A stretch of DNA of 64,000 bases, from the NCBI RefSeq assembly GCF_009914755.1, contig NC_060940.1; one strand, written 5' to 3'. Positions 54,911-64,000 of the stretch are shown piece after piece. The first letter of the stretch is position 1. Every line of letters starts with the position of its first letter. This DNA comes from the human T2T-CHM13v2.0 reference genome, Homo sapiens. The position numbers and the translations under genes are program-made. Under the pieces are notes generated by a model. That model was not told the origin of the DNA. It saw only the letters and a program-made list of their open reading frames with translations, and did no database searches.

Positions 54911-56167
54911 AATGCTATGGACGTTTCTAGAAGCAAGCATTTCATAAGACAGCTAGAGGCCAATGTCTCTGTGATACACATATACAATAGTGTCATCTCC
55001 ATGCCAATATCCTGGACTGGCTTATGGAAGTATGAAGTTAAATAAGATAAAGTCTTCACTGGGGCTCAGTTTCCAACTGGGGAAACTTAAATCATTTTGG
55101 TTAAATATGATGGCTGCCATCATGGTAGCATGGGCAATGTATGATGTGGCACATCATGATACCTCATGAAGAATAAAATTAAACACCCATTTGAAGTGGT
55201 TTTTATGATTTCATTTTTTCAGACTCCTTGGTCACTTGTTTATGCCTGAACTGGGAAGATATTTCTGGATTTTGTCTCCATATGCATTGAATCAGTGTCT
55301 ATGCTTAATGTTCAGAGTTAACCCATTTTTATTACATTGCCTGTGGTTTTTGTACTTGTTGTTTTTTTAATATCCCAGTTCACCTTTCCATTTAATAACC
55401 TTTCTTCCAAGCATAAAATTTCCTCTTCTAAGCTAAAATAGCATCTTAAAGAAAAAGGATTCTCATATATGTGTGCACTTTTAGCACTAAAAGCAAAGAT
55501 CATGTTAAAGTGAATGCAAAATGCTTACTTTCTGAATTTGTCCTAGAGCTAGCAAAAATCCACAGTAGGAGGAGATACTCAGGCCAGTTTGGGAAATCAA
55601 TGGAAAAGTGTAAAAGTGAAATTTTTAAATAATATAGCCCATCCTGAAAACGAAGGTGACTTTGTTTTTGCCCAATAATATAATGAGTTTTATTTTGAGT
55701 GATGCTGGATTTAATGGCTAAATCAATATGTGTATTTAGCGCTGGGCTTTATTTCCACACTAAGTGACGGGAGATAAGCAGCCTTAGAGTGTGTTAATTG
55801 GTTTGTGTTTAGCATTTACGCTAATCAGCAGTAGCAGAGGTGCCCTGGGCCACTTCAGCCTGGTAATAGGGCTTATCTAAACCAGGATTTGTTTACATTA
55901 TTGACTGGAGTTGAATTGTTTCTGTTTCTTATACACTTGAACGTTAAGCTGGATTTGCAAGTGTAACTCAAGACCTTCAGCATTAGTAAGAATTAGCCAG
56001 GTCTGGAACAAGGCAAACCAAATGAGAAGCAAATAAACACCATCATGGTGTCCCTGGCAGAGGATAGCCACGAGGGGATAATAAGATCTAGAGAAGATTT
56101 TACTGTGTGAAAAAAAAAAAAAAACCTTTGAAGCAGAGATCAGAGCTTGAGAGACCACTAGTTAGAC

Positions 56168-56773
<606 letters not shown>

Positions 56774-56785
56774 TTAAGGTGAGAG

Positions 56786-57437
56786 TGTAAACTGCCCAAA
56801 GGGTTCATTTTTCCTGCTGCCCAGATAGAGCCAATTTATCAAGACAGGGGGACTGCAATAGAGAATGAGTTTAACTCATGCAGAGCCAGCTGAATGAGAG
56901 GCCAGAGTTTTGCTATTATTCAAATAAGCCTTCCTGAAAATTTCAAGGATAGTTTGGCAGGCAAGGGAATGGGTGCTGCTGGTTGGATGGGCATGCAATC
57001 ATAGTGGTGTAGAAAATGGTACTTGGTGCACCATTGGTGGTCAGAAGTGCAAAAACCTGAAAAGACATCTCAAAAAGCCAATTTTAGGTTTTACAATAGT
57101 GATTTCATCTACAGGAGTAATTGGAGAAGTTGCAAATCTTGTAAGCTCCAGAATAATGGCTGGTAATTATTTATATCTACACCTTGGCAGAATTCAGGCT
57201 CCTCTCATCCTCCTAACCTGGAAGTCTTTCGTTAACTTTACAAACGTGGTTCAGTTTTGGGGAAGGGCTATTATCATTTAAACTACAAATTAAATTTCTT
57301 CCAAAGTTAGCTTGGCCCAAGCCCAGAAATGCCTAAGGGCAGCTTGGAGGTTAAAGGCACGATGAGGGTTGGTTAGATCAGATCTCTTTCACTGTCATCA
57401 TTTTCTCACTGTTATAATTTTTGCAAAGGCGGTTTCA
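56786..57437 (-). mobile_element. LTR8-family (LTR8A/8B) ERV1 solo LTR within a MER102-like element
   Basis: Reverse complement starts tgaaaccgcctttgcaaaaattataacagtgagaaaa; TG...CA termini; 4-bp TSD AGAG at 56782-56785 and 57438-57441. Confidence 0.85.
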
Positions 57438-58380
57438 AGAGCATTTTAATAGCTTGGAGATTTCATATGCTATGTGGATTTGGGGATTCTCTTGAACTAT
57501 CGGAAGATCTGACAAATATGTCCTCACTGACATGTGACAATTACCAGTAGGAACTAATTAGTAGTTGCCCCTTTACAGAAAGGCACATGCTCTTCAGGTC
57601 CCCTTGGTCTTCACCCCTCATTACTGTGTTTTTCTCAGTTGGCTTTCTCCATCTACCCTGCACAGGCTTCTGGAGGTATCTGCTGTTATAAATCCTGCTT
57701 TAAATTTTGCAAAACAGGAAGCTTACCCCTTAGCACCAGGAAGGCAAAAGAGGATTCAGGATCATACGGAAGTGGATTCAGGTCTTGGCTGCACCAGTTA
57801 TCAACTTTGTAACAGCCCTGTGCCTCAGTTTCCTTATCCATTCGTGAAATGGGAATGTTAACGTCTGCATTTCAGGGAAGTTAGGGGATTAAAAGGAACA
57901 CTATCTGAAAGTGTCCCGGAATTCAGTACTTATTGCTGCTCCCTCCTGTTTGTTTCACATCCACCTTCATCCTCAGCTTCCGTTCAGTTACCTGCTTACA
58001 AAGTGCACAGGCTCACAAGATGAGGCCATTTCCTCCCTTCCTGATTTGTGCTTTCAGGCATTGAAGACAGAAGCCTTCACTCATCAGATGCCGTTGTCCT
58101 TCAGGGGACATTATGCTCTGTTTTCCTGAACTATTTTAGTAGAACTTTCATTTCTACTAAATGGGGGGTTATGAGGCAGTATCAAGGGAAGCTGCTTCAC
58201 CATACAGCCTTTCTTCCCCCGCCCACCACCTATCCCCCTACAATCCAAGGACATAAACTTCTGGGGCCCAAGGCAGTTAGACACATGGCCACTTTTTTTT
58301 TTTTTTAAAGCAGGAATTCGGTACATGCAGCCATAGATTCAGGCTCATCTGGCATTTATTAAGCACCCACTAGGTTCTAG

Positions 58381-59267
<887 letters not shown>

Positions 59268-59399
59268 CTAGTCAGCTTCAGGGTCTAAGTCATTTCACAT
59301 TTGCCATCTTAGCAGCACCCACGCCTAGCATGCTGGTGCTTCCATCCTGCTGGAGGTCAGAGAAACTAGGGAAGTTCCAAGCTGGTCTCATCAGAGCGA

Positions 59400-59820
59400 C
59401 ACAGGCCTTCATTCACTTCCCTAAACCCACTGCGTTATTGTCATGTGGTCTTAGTACCTGTTGTTTCCTTGACCTTACATGTTCTTCTTTCCTTCCCCAA
59501 ACCCTTTGCTTAATTAATATTTCCCTTTCTTTGCTTTCTGCTCTGTAGGAATTCCTCAGGGAAGTCTTCTCTGATCCCTGATCACATGATTCCATCAGTT
59601 AATTTCATTACACCAGATTCCTCATCTCAAAGCATTTGTCACTGTTAGAAATTTAAGTGTATGTCTTTCTTAATAAATATTTGTCTTTCCCAATAGATTC
59701 TGCTTTCTACAAAGTCAAGGACCATATCTGATTTTACTCATTGTTCTATCTCTAGCCCCTAGCATTGCTCCTGAAACATGTTGATGGCTCAGTAAATATT
59801 TGTGAAGTGAGTGAGTTAAT
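59400..59820 (+). mobile_element. L2 3' fragment
   Basis: gggaagtcttctctgatcc...ggctcagtaaatatttgtgaagtgagtga. Confidence 0.7.
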
Positions 59821-59837
59821 GGGTGCATATTGGTTTT

Positions 59838-60225
59838 TGTATCAGTCAGGATAGGCTAGCCTTTGCTGCAGTAAGATCCTCAAATACCAGCGACTTAACA
59901 CAGTAAAGAGGCACTGCCTATCCATGCTTCCTGTCCACAGCAATAAGCTCGAGCTTCTGCCCCACCTTACTCGGGTGTGCAGGTGGATGCAAGCACTGCC
60001 ATGTGGAATGTTGCATGGAGACTGTGGTCAAGCGAAGGAAAACGGCCAGTTGTACACAAGCTCTTATAGTCTTACACCCAGAAATAACCTATTTCACTCC
60101 CACTCACATTTTATGAGCTAAAGCAGTTCACGTGCTTATTAGCTAAAGCAGTTCACGTGCTCTCGCCTAACCTCAATGGAGCTGGAAAGTACAATTATCC
60201 TATGTTGCAGGAGAACTGCAGGTAT
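59838..60225 (-). mobile_element. MLT1-type MaLR LTR containing a 25-bp tandem duplication
   Basis: tgtatcagtcaggataggctagcctttgctgcagtaa start. Confidence 0.6.
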
Positions 60226-60548
60226 GACTTAAAGCTCATTCCACTGTCTCAACTCTAAGACCTGAATGAACTGCAGTCACCGACCTTGGGGAATCAGCTC
60301 TGCAAAGCCAGCTTTTCACTGTAGCCTAAGTTTTCCTAGCAACACGGGCCGTATCTCCTTTATTCTTAGGGACCAGATTATCATTCATTCATTCAACTAA
60401 CATTTTAAGAATCTGTGATCTGGGCCAGGCCTAAGTCTAAGCAATAAGGATCCAAGATGAGTTACAGGTCTTTAAGAGGTCTATAGACTAGAATGGGTGT
60501 GGGCTTTCAATGTTTCTGTAGTCTAAGTGGCATTAAAATGTGAAAATG

Positions 60549-60865
60549 TGGCCCGGCGCGGTGACTCATGCCTGTAATCCCAGCACTATGGGAGGCCAAG
60601 GAGGGTGGATCACCTGAGGTCAGGAGTTTGAGACCAGTCGGGCCAACATGGCAAAAGCCCATCTCTACTGAAAATACAAAAATTAGCTGGGTACAGTGGC
60701 GTGCTCCTGTAATCCCAGCTCCTGGGGAGGCTGAGGTAGGAGAATGGCTTGAACCCTGGAGGCAGAGGTTACGGTGAGCCGAGATCATGCCGCTGCACTC
60801 TAGCCTGGGAGACAGAGTGAGACTCCATCTCAAAAAAAGAAAAAAAAGGAAAAAGAAAAAAAAAA
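60549..60865 (+). mobile_element. AluSx
   Basis: Full Alu; TSD tgaaaatgt. Confidence 0.95.
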
Positions 60866-61024
60866 TGAAAATGTAATTTTTAAATACATTTTTGTTTGTT
60901 AAGATAGAGATTTTAAATTGAGGCTTAAGGAAACCTGGGAACCTATGCATATATTTTTGGGTGTCTATAATTTTCAAGTCAGAGGAATACTGGTCTAGAA
61001 GGATTTTACCTGGAATCAAATAAA

Positions 61025-61053
61025 TGCAAAGTTATCAAATTGATAACTTTGCA
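61025..61053. repeat. Perfect inverted repeat, 14-bp arms, 1-nt spacer
   Basis: TGCAAAGTTATCAA-A-TTGATAACTTTGCA. Confidence 0.97.
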
Positions 61054-61655
61054 AAGAGATGTTCTGCGTAGCACTTAGAGAATCATCAAGAGAAAAATAG
61101 CTAATACCGCTTGTGGCGACTCAAAGAAGGCTTCACAGAGGAGGCCATGTCTCAATTGAGCATTGAAGAATAAGGGAAAATTATTGCGATAACTTATTAG
61201 AAAAGAAAGTATGTTTTAAAGCTAATGGCTTGATTTCAAATCTGAGATTTACTATATTATATGAAACAATTATCTTAATTTCTCTAAGCCTCAGTTTTCT
61301 CTTCTCTAAAATAGGAATGACAATAGCTACTCTCTCCTAAGGGTAGTTTTGAGGAATAAATGAGCTAACGTATGAGAGTGCTCCACACAGTGTTCTGCCT
61401 ATACCTTAAGCTCAGCTATTGTTAATAGCTCAGGAAGGAAAACAAGTCCAGGCCTGGATAGCAGCACGTGCACTTACATAAACCCAGGACACAGCTTGGC
61501 ATGGTTAGGAAATTGGACTAGAGAGAGGGATTGCAAATTCAAGTTCCTCCAGGGGCCAAGCCAGTAAGATAAATACATGAAATTAGAGAATAAAGACTGA
61601 TGGGGATTATGGCAAAATTGGAACTCTCAGATATTACTTAAAAGCATTCAATTTT

Positions 61656-61945
61656 GGCCAGGCGTGGTGGCTCACGCCTGTAATCCCAGCACTTCGGGTG
61701 GCCAAGGCAGGCAGATCACCTGAGGTCAGGCGTTTGAGACCAGCCTGACCAACATGGTGAAACCCCGTCTCTACTAAAAATACACAAATTAGCCAGGCGT
61801 GGTGGCACACATCTGTAATCCTGGCTATTCGGGAGGCTGAGACACTAGAAGTGCTTGAACGCAGGATGCAGAAGTTGCAGTGAGCTGAGATCGTGCCACT
61901 GCATGCCAGCCTGGGTGACAGAGCAAGACTCTGTCTCAAAAAAAA
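61656..61945 (+). mobile_element. AluSx inside a MER102-related element (about 61525-62030)
   Basis: 16-bp TSD aaaagcattcaatttt at 61640-61655 and 61942-61957. Confidence 0.95.
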
Positions 61946-62050
61946 GCATTCAATTTTAACTGTTTAAAATACATGACCACGTACAATAAAACACAACCTC
62001 AGCCTGCGTTTGGTTGATGAGCTGCCAGTGACAATGTCATAACAGGTATA

Positions 62051-62054
<4 letters not shown>

Positions 62055-62088
<34 letters not shown>

Positions 62089-62128
62089 AGACAGAGAGAG
62101 GTGTGTGTGTGTGTGTGTGCATGTGTGT
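62055..62128. repeat. Compound (TG)n/(GA)n microsatellite
   Basis: Read directly from the sequence. Confidence 0.95.
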
Positions 62129-63262
62129 AGGAAATGGGGTTAGAATGAAGACACTGTTGTGGTTATAACAGCAAGAGAAAAGACATCCCTGTTTCATTAA
62201 TCTATTAGGAATACTAGGAAGGATATATGAGGTTGAGATCTATGTCACAGAAATGAGGATATGAAGTCTACAGATTGTAGGCTTGCCTTCCTAAGTATTA
62301 CCCAAGCCAAGATTAATGAAAGCCAGGTTAGGGCCAAATGGCCTTTGCAGTTTCTGGAAAAGATTGAGAGGACTATAAAGTTGGGAAACAGAATAGATTC
62401 TACACCTGAATAATCGATTAATGCTCCTTTAATGATTGTGAAGGCAATATGCACAAATTCCAAATCTATCTCAAGAATTCATCAACCAGGCAACAGGGCC
62501 CTGTGCCTCAGTAGATAAGTCAGCAGGGTGTGGTTTGCAGGCGATCCTGTTTTACCATAAAACAAGGAGACAGTGATCCATGTTTTATCTCCACACATGT
62601 GGCATATGGGAAAAGGGCTCAATAGAGCTTCCTGTCAAAGTGTATCAGCTTGAGGATCGGAGAAAGGGGAAATTATATGCAATAATATCAAAAAGAAAGG
62701 GAAGGTTTGTCCCTCAATCAATCAGCCAAATATTCTGATAAAGAGGAAAGGTCAAGAGAGTAAAATCAAGATTTAGGCAGCTGAGAAGACCCGATCAGTA
62801 GAGCCTCTTCTATGTGGAACTGAAGATTTCCTGAAATTTGTAATTCTGCTTCTGTAGCTTTTGTTTCTCAGAAGCCACTAATATTTTTCCATTGTTTATG
62901 AAAATGTCCAGATATATCAGCAATAATTTTTACACATCACAACCTCTGCTGACATATACCTCTTGGGAAGATGAGCTGAAGACACATGAGACAGTTAAAT
63001 GGTGTTTCAAGGCTTAAAATAGTGCATTATAATTTTGTAGCTGTCTCTACCCCCACATTTCAGAATGTATAGAAGCTGGGCCACATTCTTTATATTCTCA
63101 GTGCCTGTTCAGGGACCAGGAACTTGGCAGGTGTTTGATAAATGCTCATTGAATAAATAGATTTATTAAATAAGAAATTCACAGTAAAAGTTCAGTTGTA
63201 TTTTGAGAGGTCAGAAAAAGGGGACTGAACAATGAGCTGGAGCCATTATTGTTAAAACATGA

Positions 63263-63610
63263 GGCCAGGCGCAGTGGCTCACGCCTGTAATCCCAGCACT
63301 TTGGGAGGCCGAGGCGGGCAGATCACGAGGTCAAGAGATTGAGACCATCCTGGCCAACATGGTGAAACCCCATCTCTACTAAAAATACAAAAATTAGCCG
63401 GGTGTGGTGGCGCGTGCCTGTAATCCCAGCTACTCGGGAGGCTGAGGCAAGAGAATCGCTTGAACTCAAGAGGCAAGAGGTTGCACTGAGCTGAGATCGT
63501 GCCACTGTACTCTAGCCTGGTGACAGAGCAAGACTCTGTCAAAAATAAATAAATACATACATAAAATAAAAACAAAAAAAACACCAAAAAACCAAAACAA
63601 ACAGAAGAAC
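63263..63610 (+). mobile_element. AluSc
   Basis: gaggtcaagagattgagaccatcctggccaacatgg diagnostic; complex A-rich tail. Confidence 0.95.
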
Positions 63611-63611
63611 A

Positions 63612-63850
63612 CATGGTGTGGCAGAGTAGTTAGGGACAAGGTGCTCAAAAAACAACTGCCCAGGTACCATTCCTGGTTTTACCACTTAAGAGCTGTGTGA
63701 ATTTGAGCAATTTACTTAATGCCTTTGCCTTAATTTCCTCATCATCTATAAAAATGGTGAAGACAATATTATCTAGCTCAAGAGGTTGTTATGAGGAGCA
63801 AATAAAGCAATTAATATAAAATATATGGTCAGCACACATAGAATTCCACC
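63612..63850 (+). mobile_element. MIR SINE
   Basis: gctgtgtgaatttgagcaatttacttaat...gaggttgttatgagg. Confidence 0.75.
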
Positions 63851-64000
63851 GTAATTACTCCTAGGGATGTTTTCCAAAAACACTCAGCATGCATTTATAC
63901 AGATTCACCCAATAGATGCTTAAATTTTTATTTAAGTGCCAGGGACTAAGCTCATCAATTTCATAGGCTTCATTTCATTTAATCCTGGATGACTATTTTT

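Noticed and set aside
60507-61019. 170-aa ORF and the many other ORFs with [23 protein letters not shown] motifs
   Set aside because: Translations of antisense or sense Alu sequence, not genes.

Overview
Primate genomic DNA, very likely human (AluY/AluS/AluJ, L1PA/L1PB, MSTB, MER1, LTR8). It is non-coding intergenic or deep-intronic sequence. I see no credible protein-coding gene, RNA gene, CpG island or processed pseudogene; the listed ORFs are Alu, L1, LTR or low-complexity read-throughs or chance ORFs. A large share of the window is recognisable interspersed repeat: about 30 Alu/FLAM pieces, many MIR and L2, L1 fragments, ERV1/ERVL/MaLR solo LTRs and hAT/Tigger MITEs, often nested with visible target-site duplications (TSDs). 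I found no evidence of a new gene or a new biological system. The structure the repeats do not explain is a set of local copy events. There are three dispersed copies of nearby sequence (14462-14623 to 15698-15847; 25236-25324 to 25812-25900 inverted inside an L1; 40138-40248 and 41179-41286). There are four short tandem duplications, two of them perfect and two of them doubling TF motifs, plus a minisatellite born at an LTR/TSD junction (22468-22668) and a perfect 29-bp palindrome (61025-61053). Repeat-free, motif-dense blocks at about 36930-37450 and 54460-54910 look like developmental enhancer candidates. Repeat family names come from remembered consensus sequences, not a database search; boundaries without a TSD are approximate.
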